DNA of 64,000 nt from a virus. The notes beneath the pieces were generated by a model that worked only from the letters and a program-made list of their open reading frames with translations, made no database searches and was not told the DNA's origin. Positions 1 to 9,472 of the stretch are shown here, in pieces. The stretch's first letter is position 1. Every line of letters begins with the position of its first letter. The position numbers and the translations under genes were made by a program. Location of the stretch: positions 1-64,000 of the IMG/VR virus record IMGVR_UViG_3300048583_000198, one strand, 5' to 3'.

Positions 1-2
1 AC

Positions 3-281
3 GGCAAAGATTGCGGCTTTTTCGTCGCAGCTTTGACTCGTCTCGGTTACAAGCAGAGCGACGAGACATTAAAAGATGAGTACATGACCCCTGGTTACAG
101 CGAGTGTCAGTACTGTGATAACGAAGTTCTCACCGGTCCATACCTCGATGGTAGATATCAAGGTGTGCTTGTCATGAACCGAAATGACGCCATCGTTGGT
201 CAAGGCTCTGATGAATTTCAAGCTCCTGGCGAATGTCAGTGCGATAACTGCAGAAATGGAGATGATGATGACGAGTACTAG
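3..281 (+). CDS. 3' end of a conserved phage protein truncated by the window start; probable paralog of 1233..2003
   Basis: Frame is open from base 3 (GKDCGFFVAALTRLGY...PYLDG), echoing FGD..L..KGY...PYFD in 1233..2003; has CxxC pairs. Confidence 0.55.
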   Translation, partial: GKDCGFFVAALTRLGYKQSDETLKDEYMTPGYSECQYCDNEVLTGPYLDGRYQGVLVMNRNDAIVGQGSDEFQAPGECQCDNCRNGDDDDEY

Positions 282-1236
282 GCCCGACGTTCCAGCGTTG
301 TACACGCTACTCACCTACCGCCGTTCACACGGTTCGGAGGGTGAAAAGAGGTACATCCAGAACTTCATCATGCCTCTTAACCCTCGCATCATCGTGTCGG
401 AGACAGAAACGCCAATGGCGTTTTTTGTCTATGTCGGCAAGAGTGACATCATGTTTACCAGTCACACTGACACAGTGCACATGACCAGTGAGAAGGTCTT
501 CCAGGATGTTGTCCTGGAAAACGGTCTCTACTGCAAGAAAGACAATCAGCCTCTCGGGGCAGATGACGCAGCCGGTAACTGGCTGATGTTCAACATGATC
601 CACAGGAAAGTTCCTGGGATCTATGCTTTCTTCCGTGGTGAAGAACGCGGTGGCATCGGTTCAAGCTACTGTGCTGAAAAGCGCAAAGACCTGTTCGAGA
701 ACGTCAAATGCGCTATTGCACTTGATCGTCGCGGTACAACCAGTGTCATTACGCATCAAGGCGCTGGTCGCGGATGCAGCGACGAGTTCGGTAAGAGCCT
801 TGCCCAAATTCTCAATATGGGACATGTGCTCGATGACACTGGCATCTACACCGACACTGCTGAATTCTTCGGCATTGTTCCCAATTGCACCAATCTCTCG
901 GTAGGGTATGACCGAGAGCACAGCAAGAACGAGACGCTCAATAAAGCGTACATCGAAGCTTTGCGAGACAGCCTCATCGCAGCTGATTGGTCCAAGCTGG
1001 ATCACACTCCGCCAAAGGCTGATCCGATTGAACGTGGTTATGGATTCAACAGTCGCAGCTATCCCTTGTTCAGCTCTGACCAGATTCAAGCAGCACGAAA
1101 TATCGTGCCAGATCTAGATATTGGTCCGCTGCAGATTGGTGACTTCCTGTACGACTACTCGGATCGCTTGCCTCCTGATCTTCGTGACAAGGCACTAAAA
1201 CTGGCGCAACGGATCTACAAGAGGTTCGAAATGTGA
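268..1236 (+). CDS. M28/M20-like Zn metallopeptidase
   Basis: Motifs SHTDTVH, LGADDAAG, GEERGG, DRRG, YTDTA, NLSVGY..EH; GGAG RBS at 258-261 favours ATG 268. Confidence 0.85.
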   Translation: MTSTRPDVPALYTLLTYRRSHGSEGEKRYIQNFIMPLNPRIIVSETETPMAFFVYVGKSDIMFTSHTDTVHMTSEKVFQDVVLENGLYCKKDNQPLGADDAAGNWLMFNMIHRKVPGIYAFFRGEERGGIGSSYCAEKRKDLFENVKCAIALDRRGTTSVITHQGAGRGCSDEFGKSLAQILNMGHVLDDTGIYTDTAEFFGIVPNCTNLSVGYDREHSKNETLNKAYIEALRDSLIAADWSKLDHTPPKADPIERGYGFNSRSYPLFSSDQIQAARNIVPDLDIGPLQIGDFLYDYSDRLPPDLRDKALKLAQRIYKRFEM

Positions 1237-2003
1237 TGAAGCGGTTCAAGAAGAAGCACACCAAGATTCCTTCCAAACAGGCCGTGGTAAGGATGCTTCG
1301 ACGGATAGATCCAGATCTGGCGGAGATGTACAAGGACGACTTCGATAGCTGTCCCAGCATTTTCCCTGAAGCAATTCGGGCAGTTACTTTGCCAGAGTTT
1401 GATCCAGGCAAGCGCAGCAACATTTGCTACTACCCGGATCTGCACAACTACAGACTTCACGAATGTCCCAATCGTAGTCTGCCAATACCGAAATTCTTGG
1501 CTTTGTTCCGCCCTTACATCGACAGCGCAGTACTCGATAAACTTGAAGTCGATTTGACGAACTATCGTCTCGAGTTCTACACCGATCCCGATAAGTGGAC
1601 GGAAGTCTATGCACATGAAGAAGTTGATTCGTGCATGACAGGAACTAACATTGTGCGTTGCTACGCGCACCCACAGAACAAACTTGCGATTGCTGCGCTT
1701 TATGCTCCAGGCGGCAACAGACTCGTTGCACGCAGCATTGTCAATGTCGACGAGAAATGGTGGATTCGATTGTTTGGCGATTCCACACTTCTTGCTGAAA
1801 AGCTGATGGAAAAGGGATATGGCCGACTCTCCGGCGTTCCCAAAGCTTTTCGGATGTACGGTTGGGCTGGTTACCGGTATGTCCGGAACGAAGTCCAATA
1901 TCCGTATTTCGATTTCTCATTGCAGAACGTCGAAATTCTGCATGACACTCACAACCCCGACACGGGGCTCATCGAAGTCATCATCAACCCAGGTAACACG
2001 TAA
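1233..2003 (+). CDS. conserved hypothetical phage protein (DSCM motif family)
   Basis: 256-aa ORF coupled to the peptidase stop; DSCM, ARSIV, RLFGD, PYFD motifs. Confidence 0.7.
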   Translation: MMKRFKKKHTKIPSKQAVVRMLRRIDPDLAEMYKDDFDSCPSIFPEAIRAVTLPEFDPGKRSNICYYPDLHNYRLHECPNRSLPIPKFLALFRPYIDSAVLDKLEVDLTNYRLEFYTDPDKWTEVYAHEEVDSCMTGTNIVRCYAHPQNKLAIAALYAPGGNRLVARSIVNVDEKWWIRLFGDSTLLAEKLMEKGYGRLSGVPKAFRMYGWAGYRYVRNEVQYPYFDFSLQNVEILHDTHNPDTGLIEVIINPGNT

Positions 2004-2383
2004 TGAAGAACGTTTTCCGCAAGTGGCTCGGCATCAACGAAGATGTCGAAGCAATCGCCGCCGACATGAACATGCTTCACGAACGCGGTCAGAGCACTGC
2101 TCTGCAGGTGTTCGAGCTGTTCCATGCCATGCCCTTTGCCTCTGCCGCCATCGGCATGACGGCTAAGGACGCTGCCATGCTCACCGCCCCAGACGGCATC
2201 CAGGCTAACAGCCTGACGGCCATTCTCATGGGCATCCTGCTCAACGCCCGTCAGGGTAACAGCGTGATGCAGGTGGTCGGTGAACTCTCTGACACCGTTC
2301 GAGCCACTCTCGAAAAGCGTGGCTTCAAGGTGGAAGACACCGAAGGTACGGGTGGCAAAGTCACTCACATCCTCTGGACCTAA
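2003..2383 (+). CDS. hypothetical protein
   Basis: TAATG coupling; codon style matches neighbours. Confidence 0.7.
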   Translation: MKNVFRKWLGINEDVEAIAADMNMLHERGQSTALQVFELFHAMPFASAAIGMTAKDAAMLTAPDGIQANSLTAILMGILLNARQGNSVMQVVGELSDTVRATLEKRGFKVEDTEGTGGKVTHILWT

Positions 2384-2385
2384 CC

Positions 2386-2487
2386 ATGTGGTGGATTCTC
2401 GGTGCCCTTGTCTGCATTGGCGTGGCTCTCTTGACGGGAGCCATGATTCGCTTCGGCAATCCTTGGGGTGATCACGATGAAGATTGA
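2386..2487 (+). CDS. small membrane peptide (33 aa)
   Basis: MWWILGALVCIGVALLTGAMIRFG fills the gap between two genes; one hydrophobic helix. Confidence 0.5.
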   Translation: MWWILGALVCIGVALLTGAMIRFGNPWGDHDED

Positions 2488-3196
2488 AGTCCTGGACCAC
2501 GGGTACGTGGAGTTCATCGAAGCTTGGGGTACAGGACGTGAAACCGATCCTGCTCAAGAAGTCGACTTCGAAGTAGGCATCATCGAAGCAGCGCGTCAGT
2601 CTACGCAAGGAAACTTCCGTGGCTGGGACAACGACCTCAAGCTTCTGACGTACCTGTACAACAACCAACACAGCACACCATTTGAGTTTGCTGGGATGGT
2701 AATTGAAGTCCAGGCTCCCATTTTCGTCTTTCGTGAATGGCATCGTCACCGTACTCAGTCGTACAACGAGATGAGTGCTCGTTATACGGCTCTGCCGGAC
2801 CTTTACTATCACTGTCATGTGGATGAGGTAATCGAGCGTGCCAAGGCTGTCACCACGAATAAACAAGCTGGTGGTGTCGGCAAGGTCCAGGAAAACCTGA
2901 TCACCAACTGGGTTGCCATGGATTTGGAACTCAACCAAACGCTCGAGACCCATTACCAGCAAGGTTTGGCCATTGGAGTACCTAAAGAACTGGCTCGCAA
3001 AAAAATGCCAGTCGACCACTACTCCAAGATGCGAGCTTCAGCCAACCTCAGAAACTGGCTGTCATTTATGACGTTGCGCTGCGCACCGAATGCTCAACGT
3101 GAAATTCGGGCTTACGCAGACGCTGTAGCCAACATTGTTGGCGAAGTCTTTCCACACACCTTCCATCTGTGGGCGAAGCAAACCTTCGGAGAGTAA
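2477..3196 (+). CDS. thyX: FAD-dependent thymidylate synthase
   Basis: ThyX signature RHRTQSYNEMSARY, plus HSTPFE, KELAR, NLRNW, AQREIR. Confidence 0.95.
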   Translation: MKIEVLDHGYVEFIEAWGTGRETDPAQEVDFEVGIIEAARQSTQGNFRGWDNDLKLLTYLYNNQHSTPFEFAGMVIEVQAPIFVFREWHRHRTQSYNEMSARYTALPDLYYHCHVDEVIERAKAVTTNKQAGGVGKVQENLITNWVAMDLELNQTLETHYQQGLAIGVPKELARKKMPVDHYSKMRASANLRNWLSFMTLRCAPNAQREIRAYADAVANIVGEVFPHTFHLWAKQTFGE

Positions 3197-3446
3197 AATG
3201 AGCCGCATGGGCGAATGGGCCGCTGAACATGAAGACGATGAAGATCTCATGCTTGCAGCTCTAGCCCATGAAGAAGAGCTTCATGAACAGTGGATCCGGG
3301 AGCAAGAACTATGTCAGCTGGGCTTGATAACACCACTCTCGTTCCAGTTGTCGAACTCTCCGCAGACGAACTCCTCGACGCCTGGGCAAGTCACCGTAAT
3401 GACCTCTACGGGGTCATGGCTGCCGAAGAAGGCATGAGGCGCGTTT

Positions 3447-3632
3447 ATGAACATCGTGCTCGTTCCCCCGAAACAGTTTTTGCTCTACTTGGTATGCGCA
3501 GGGTGCAACCGACGCCTAGTCCTAAGCAAGGCTGAACCCGACGTGTATGCAGACCTCGACGGTGATGCCTACAAAGCGTACTACTGTCCCCCGTGCATGA
3601 TGAAACTCACGCATCCTCAGGAATCAACATGA
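3447..3632 (+). CDS. small Cys-rich putative Zn-binding protein
   Basis: CxxC ... CxxC; ATGA overlap with the next gene. Confidence 0.45.
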   Translation: MNIVLVPPKQFLLYLVCAGCNRRLVLSKAEPDVYADLDGDAYKAYYCPPCMMKLTHPQEST

Positions 3633-3970
3633 CCACTGACTCTGAACTTCAGACGCTTCAAGAAAAAGTGAAGCGGCTCACGCATGACCGCGACGTTGCC
3701 ATGAAAATGGCTGCACGTAGCGATGAGCAGGTCAAAGCACTCAAGACGGAAGTGGAGAACTATCGTCGACTCTGGCAGCATGCCGAGTCTCGTAAAATCT
3801 ATGACCCATTGTCATTGGTCGATTACGATCCATATCAGTATGAGGTTCCCGTGATCGTCAATTCCCGCAAGAAGAAGCGAACCATCCACGATTGGATCTG
3901 GACTGGAGTATGGCTAATTGCTGCCGGTGCAGCAGTCTACGTACTCGGCTGGGTTCTTGTTTGGCCCTAA
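3629..3970 (+). CDS. coiled-coil protein with C-terminal membrane anchor
   Basis: Heptad-like N-terminus, hydrophobic C-terminus, AGGA RBS. Confidence 0.65.
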   Translation: MTTDSELQTLQEKVKRLTHDRDVAMKMAARSDEQVKALKTEVENYRRLWQHAESRKIYDPLSLVDYDPYQYEVPVIVNSRKKKRTIHDWIWTGVWLIAAGAAVYVLGWVLVWP

Positions 3971-3981
3971 GGAACATCACA

Positions 3982-4167
3982 ATGGCTACTGATTTCAAAG
4001 AAGAGCTGCGTAAGGCAGCTGACGAAGCCGCCGCAAGCGAGAAAAGCAGCGTTGAACATGCTCTGCGACAGGCGTTCTACAAAGGCGTTGAGTTTGAGAT
4101 GGCTCGTCGCCGTAAGGAGTTGGCCAATGCGCTCAGCAAAGCCAAGGCTGACAACACGCCCTCTTGA
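3982..4167 (+). CDS. hypothetical protein
   Basis: AAGGA RBS before ATG 3982. Confidence 0.55.
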   Translation: MATDFKEELRKAADEAAASEKSSVEHALRQAFYKGVEFEMARRRKELANALSKAKADNTPS

Positions 4168-4335
4168 TTACTTCGAACACAACGAACAACGTGGTGGTTC
4201 GAAAGTAGTACAACTCGACATCGTAGAGTGGGATATGCCTGATCCCGAACCATCTATTGTTGTCGAAGAGTCTCGCAACAACTTCAAGGTGAACGCTGTC
4301 AAGCGTGCCTGGGAAAAACTCATAGGAAAACGTTC

Positions 4336-4689
4336 ATGAAAGCTCTTGCTCGCATCGCTGCTACTCTTGCCGCTCTCGGTATTCAGCCGGGAGATGTCAA
4401 CATGTTGTCCCATATGGGACTGAATCGACGAAGCGTTAGCAAGCATGCCTTCAACAAAACAACCCGTGCAGCTGGACGCCGTAGCAAAGCCAAGCGCCTG
4501 AGAATCTCTCGTGGTGCCGGTTCAATCAGCGCAAAAGCTGACATTCTCCAACTCTGTCATATGGGACGGTGGGAGGATGCTGCTACCATGGACCAGGAAC
4601 ACGAGCACCGTTGTGGTGAACGTCTGTTCGGTCCTGAGATTCGCGCACAGTGGCGTGCATACGCCGTCGAAGAGGCTCTGACATTATGA
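4336..4689 (+). CDS. basic hypothetical protein
   Basis: AGGA RBS; ATGA overlap with the upstream ORF. Confidence 0.6.
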   Translation: MKALARIAATLAALGIQPGDVNMLSHMGLNRRSVSKHAFNKTTRAAGRRSKAKRLRISRGAGSISAKADILQLCHMGRWEDAATMDQEHEHRCGERLFGPEIRAQWRAYAVEEALTL

Positions 4690-4773
4690 TGGAACATGCT
4701 CCTCAGCTCTTTGTCGCCTCTCTCCTGGGCATCGCGTTGGTGCTCTCCCTCATACTTTATGTGACCACTCGCC

Positions 4774-5940
4774 GTGCTAAACCAAGATCAAATGAGAGCA
4801 GCCGATGAGCTGCAAGCGTTTCTAGCGAGTGATCGGCGTGAGTTTTGTTTGACGGGGCAAGCGGGTACTGGAAAGACCTACATGCTCCACTCCATTCTTG
4901 GAGACAACGCCACTTATTGCGCTACAACAAACAAAGCTGCCAGTGTGCTGCGTAAGCTCACTGGCCATGCGCAGACCATTCACAATCTGCTGCATCTCAC
5001 CGTGCGCAATGACTTCGCTACTGGCAAGACTTCTCTTGTTCGAGATCCTAAAGCCAGCAATATCCGAGGTCATGTCATCGTCGTAGATGAAGCGTCGATG
5101 GTCGATAAGACCCTCTACGCCATCACGAAGGAGATGTGCGAAGAGAGCAAAATCATCTGGGTAGGGGATGATGCGCAGCTCCCGCCAGTATCGAGCGGCA
5201 CATTTTCCGTCTTCAAGCTGGACATCCCAACAGCCAGTCTGTTTCAAGTCATGCGAAGCATTGACACTCCAGCCATCACAGAGCTATCCACAGCTCTGCG
5301 TGCTGCCGTATTCAACGGCAACAACATCACCATCTCGAGTCGACCGCCGCACATTCAACGTGTAACCGGCCCTGAAGCCCATGTGCTTGTCACTGATCTA
5401 GTACAGAAGGAGCAGTGGCACAACTGCATCTTGTTGTCGTACACCAACGCTCGCACAGCCTCAGCCGTGAAAGTGATTCGAGGTGCGGCTAAGAAACCTG
5501 CGGCCCTCATCCCTGGAGATTCTGTCATCGTGAACTCTGCGTTCCGATACTCACCGTGCCCAGGAACATGGGAGTGGATCCCTACAGATTCTATGGTTGA
5601 AATCCTGGGCATCTCGCCTGTCCCTGGATCACCGCATCTCATTATTGCTCATACTGATATAGGTGACTTGCCTACGTATAAGGACAACTCACGCTTGCAG
5701 GCTGACATCGCTAAGGCTCAATCCGATAAAGACTGGAATACGTACTTTCGATTGAAGGAAACTTTCATCGACTTGCGGCATGCAGAAGCCTTAACGATTC
5801 ATAAGAGTCAGGGCAGCACATTCGATACAGTGTTCGTGGACACTCCAAGCTTGTACTCTTGCAAGAACCCCAATGAGCGTCGCAGACTACTCTATGTAGC
5901 TTGTTCGAGAGCCCGAAACTTCCTCTATCTAGTGAGCTGA
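4774..5940 (+). CDS. SF1B (Dda/RecD-like) DNA helicase
   Basis: Walker A GQAGTGKT, ATTNKAA, VVDEASM, GDDAQLPPV, TIHKSQGST, LYVACSRA. Confidence 0.95.
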   Translation: MLNQDQMRAADELQAFLASDRREFCLTGQAGTGKTYMLHSILGDNATYCATTNKAASVLRKLTGHAQTIHNLLHLTVRNDFATGKTSLVRDPKASNIRGHVIVVDEASMVDKTLYAITKEMCEESKIIWVGDDAQLPPVSSGTFSVFKLDIPTASLFQVMRSIDTPAITELSTALRAAVFNGNNITISSRPPHIQRVTGPEAHVLVTDLVQKEQWHNCILLSYTNARTASAVKVIRGAAKKPAALIPGDSVIVNSAFRYSPCPGTWEWIPTDSMVEILGISPVPGSPHLIIAHTDIGDLPTYKDNSRLQADIAKAQSDKDWNTYFRLKETFIDLRHAEALTIHKSQGSTFDTVFVDTPSLYSCKNPNERRRLLYVACSRARNFLYLVS

Positions 5941-5943
5941 ACC

Positions 5944-6150
5944 ATGACAGATCATCCTCTTGTCTCGGCCTTGTCTGAGTTTCTCGAGACTCACAAGATG
6001 GAAGCAGGCTTGTTGCTAATTCCTGGTGATGGTGAGTTGCGACTCATCGGCTCTGGCATCGGCATGGCCGAGTTGATCGGCATCTCTCGAAGCCTTGATG
6101 GCTACATCAGTGCAATGCTTGAGCCTCCTCCGGATAGCAAGCCGAACTAA
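5944..6150 (+). CDS. hypothetical protein
   Basis: Fills the helicase-polymerase gap; TAATG coupling to the polymerase. Confidence 0.6.
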   Translation: MTDHPLVSALSEFLETHKMEAGLLLIPGDGELRLIGSGIGMAELIGISRSLDGYISAMLEPPPDSKPN

Positions 6151-8531
6151 TGAGCATTGGATACATCTGCCCACGCAGCTGCCCAGCACTGGTCGGCCAG
6201 AAGATCTCATTGCCTATCGGCAAGATCTCTGACGACTGGTTCAATGAGCTGGTTATTGGCAACGGCGAAATCACACACCTGGCTATCCAGGACTCTGCAC
6301 TGTTCAAGAAGTTGACGGGACGTGCTCGAGTTGTGAATACAACTGGCTACGTCTTCAAGTCCAAGTATGGTAACTACCATGTGTGTTACGTCCCGCCATT
6401 TAAATCCATCACTCTCGATGAACGAGTCCGTAACGAAGCTCGACTATCCATTGAGGCTCTTGAAGCACACCTTGCTGGCCGCTATGTTGAGCCAGGAACC
6501 ACCCGAACTGTGGTTGTCCACTCCGGTCAAGAATGGGCCGACTGGGTGGAGAGATTGCTATCCCTACCCCGGATCTCCGTTGATCTCGAAACGACAGGGC
6601 TCAAGCATCATGAGAGCACCATCCGAACGATCGGCTTTGGTATATCGGAGAATGAGGCGGTCGTCTTCGAATGGCATCAGGTAGAGGCCAGTATTCGGTA
6701 TTTTTTTGAGCAGTACACTGGCAAGATCATTATGCACAAGGGTGCATTTGATCTTACGCAGCTCATCCACAAAGTTTGGATGAAGAAACTATCTGATACG
6801 AACGGCATCTACGAAGGCTTAAAGCATCTGCAGTCAAAAACCGAATGCAGCATGATTCTCAGCTACGTTGTCACAAACACGTGTGCTGGCAATGAGCTAG
6901 GTCTCAAGCCACAAACACAAAGTGAGTACGGTGACTACGGAATTGATGAGCCGTGGAAAGCCCCACTCAAAGATGTCATCGAGTACAACGGCAAAGACTG
7001 CGCAGCAACACTGTGGCTTTACGACAAGCACATGGCAAACCTGGGCGAACTTGCCCATGTCTTCAAACGTCTGAACAGCTACCTTCGAGAGATCGTATGG
7101 ATGCAGCTCTGTGGGCTACCCATTGACCAGAAAGTAGCGGAAAAGAATGCCAGACTACTTTCGGATCGAGCCGATGAGCTGATTGAACTCATCACCAATC
7201 ATGAGTTCGTAATCCGGTATATGGTGCTTCATCGTGAACGATGGGCTGTGAAGCGCAATCTCAAGCTCAAGAAAAAGCGTGTCACTCCTGAAGAGTGTAC
7301 TGAGATCTTCAATCCGAACAGCCCTATTCAGCTCCAGGCACTGCTGTATGAAGTACTGCAGCTTCCTATCCTGGGTACCACAAGAACAGGACAGCCATCT
7401 ACTGATGGCGACACACTCAAAGCTCTCTGTAATCACAGCACTGAAGCAAAGGAGTTCTTGGAATGGCTGGTCGAACTCGCACAGATCGAGAAGCTTCTCA
7501 GCAGCTTTGTTCCGCACTTCGTAAATGCTCCAGCAGTGGACGGATACCACTGTCTCTATGGGTTCTACAACATTGGCGGAACCCAGAGCGGTCGGCTCAG
7601 CAGCGACAGCCCCAACCAACAGAACTTGCCGTCACACGAGAAGCACGGCTTCGATTACGCCATCTACATCAAACAGATGGTGAAAGCCCCCAAGGGTTGG
7701 CTCTTCGTTGGCGCTGACTTCGCATCTCTTGAAGATAAGATCATCACACTGCTGACTCGAGATCCCAATCGACTCAAAGTGTATGAAGATGGGTACGACG
7801 GGCACAGCCTGCGTACCTTCTACTACTTCCGAGATCAGATGCCAGACATTGAGGACACGCTAGAGTCAATCAATTCAATTGGTTCCAAGTACAAGCATCT
7901 GCGTTACTTGAGCAAGCCTCCTACGTTTGCCTTGACCTACTTTGGGACGTGGAAGACACTGATGACAAACTGTGGCTTCTCTGAAGAAGACGCCAAGAAA
8001 ATCGAGGCAAACTTTCATGAACTCTACAAAGCAAGTGACGAGTGGAACGCAGCTAAACTTGCTCGAGCCGCTCGAGACGGATATACCACCCTTGCTTTTG
8101 GACTTCGGCTCTTTTGTCCAGTTCTTCACGCAAGTGTTCATGGACGACTTCGACCGTCAGAAGCCGCTGCTGAAGAGCGGAGTGCTGGAAACGCTTTTGG
8201 ACAAAGCTATGGACTCCTCAATTCCAGAGCAGCTCACGCTTTCATGGACCGAGTGATTGAAGCCAAACTTTGGAACGACATTCGTCCAGCTGCACAAATC
8301 CACGATGCCCAGTACTACTGGGTTCGACGAGACGTGAAGCTCGTCAAGTGGGTAAATGACAATCTCATCCCAGAAATGGAATGGCAGGATTTGCCCGAGC
8401 TTGGACATCCCACCTTGAAGCTAGGTGGTGAACTCATTGTCTATGACCCCGACTGGTCTTCGGAACTTCATATTCCGAATGGCGCAAGCTATGGCCAGAT
8501 CGGTGACCTTCTCAACCGAATCAAGAAGTAG
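6150..8531 (+). CDS. family A DNA polymerase (N4 gp39-like)
   Basis: Exo I DLETTG, YNGKD, TQSGRLSS, motif A ADFASLE, motif B RYLSKPPTFALTY, motif C QIHDA. Confidence 0.95.
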   Translation: MSIGYICPRSCPALVGQKISLPIGKISDDWFNELVIGNGEITHLAIQDSALFKKLTGRARVVNTTGYVFKSKYGNYHVCYVPPFKSITLDERVRNEARLSIEALEAHLAGRYVEPGTTRTVVVHSGQEWADWVERLLSLPRISVDLETTGLKHHESTIRTIGFGISENEAVVFEWHQVEASIRYFFEQYTGKIIMHKGAFDLTQLIHKVWMKKLSDTNGIYEGLKHLQSKTECSMILSYVVTNTCAGNELGLKPQTQSEYGDYGIDEPWKAPLKDVIEYNGKDCAATLWLYDKHMANLGELAHVFKRLNSYLREIVWMQLCGLPIDQKVAEKNARLLSDRADELIELITNHEFVIRYMVLHRERWAVKRNLKLKKKRVTPEECTEIFNPNSPIQLQALLYEVLQLPILGTTRTGQPSTDGDTLKALCNHSTEAKEFLEWLVELAQIEKLLSSFVPHFVNAPAVDGYHCLYGFYNIGGTQSGRLSSDSPNQQNLPSHEKHGFDYAIYIKQMVKAPKGWLFVGADFASLEDKIITLLTRDPNRLKVYEDGYDGHSLRTFYYFRDQMPDIEDTLESINSIGSKYKHLRYLSKPPTFALTYFGTWKTLMTNCGFSEEDAKKIEANFHELYKASDEWNAAKLARAARDGYTTLAFGLRLFCPVLHASVHGRLRPSEAAAEERSAGNAFGQSYGLLNSRAAHAFMDRVIEAKLWNDIRPAAQIHDAQYYWVRRDVKLVKWVNDNLIPEMEWQDLPELGHPTLKLGGELIVYDPDWSSELHIPNGASYGQIGDLLNRIKK

Positions 8532-8536
8532 TCCAT

Positions 8537-9472
8537 ATGGCCTATACAAACGAACGTCGCATCCCGCTATCCATTGCGGTATGGCTCGCCAGGGATATGT
8601 ATTCACGCGATCCTGCGTACATCAGTGGTAGCGAACTTGAACGCAGCAATCGTCAGATCGTACTCAGTCGACGTACGACACAGGACATTGACCTTGCTCA
8701 GCTAATGGCTGCACGCCTGGGTAATGCGATCAACGATGCTATCGACGCTGCCTGGAAGAGCGACAGGCTCATGGAGTATGTGCGTCTCGCTGGCTACAAC
8801 CCGCTGTTCGAGTATGACGTGAATCCCGTCATTCCCGATCCGAAGAAAACTCCGATCTATATCCAGAAGCGGTATGAAGAACCGTTCATGGGTAAAGTGC
8901 TTTCGGGCGCACCTGACATGATCCTGGGTGGCCGACTGTTCGATTACAAGAGCACTGCTGTGTTCCTGTACCAGAAAAAGAAGCCCGAAGACTACTTGTG
9001 GCAGCTCACCACATACCGGTACCTGGCTCGTGATTACATCACTGATGATGTGGCTACTATTCAGTTCATCTTGAAGGACTGGAGCAAAGCTCGAGCCAAG
9101 GATCCAAATTACCCACAAACTCCGTGTCCAACGATGTTGGTTCCTGTGGGTTCGGCTGAACAATGTAAAGCTCGGCTTGAGAGTCGCATCAATGAGCTGA
9201 ACGCTCTAATGTCAGCAGATGACAGCGATTTGCCGCTGTGCACCGATGAAGAATTGTGGCTTGATCCACCGCGATTCGCGTACTATAAGGATCCCCACGC
9301 CGCTCCCAATGCTCGAGCTACACGTGTTTTCGACACGATGACTGAAGCCGTTGCATTCCAAGGATCGAAAGGTGGTGGGGGCCGCATCGACACACGCAAA
9401 GGCGAGCCAAGAGCTTGCGACTACTGCACCGCTTCAACTATCTGCCAACAGAGGGCTTCATGGAGTACGTGA
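8537..9472 (+). CDS. PD-(D/E)xK nuclease (N4 gp42-like)
   Basis: SGAPD...DYKST, QLTTY, C-terminal CDYC..C; N4 synteny upstream of primase. Confidence 0.8.
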   Translation: MAYTNERRIPLSIAVWLARDMYSRDPAYISGSELERSNRQIVLSRRTTQDIDLAQLMAARLGNAINDAIDAAWKSDRLMEYVRLAGYNPLFEYDVNPVIPDPKKTPIYIQKRYEEPFMGKVLSGAPDMILGGRLFDYKSTAVFLYQKKKPEDYLWQLTTYRYLARDYITDDVATIQFILKDWSKARAKDPNYPQTPCPTMLVPVGSAEQCKARLESRINELNALMSADDSDLPLCTDEELWLDPPRFAYYKDPHAAPNARATRVFDTMTEAVAFQGSKGGGGRIDTRKGEPRACDYCTASTICQQRASWST

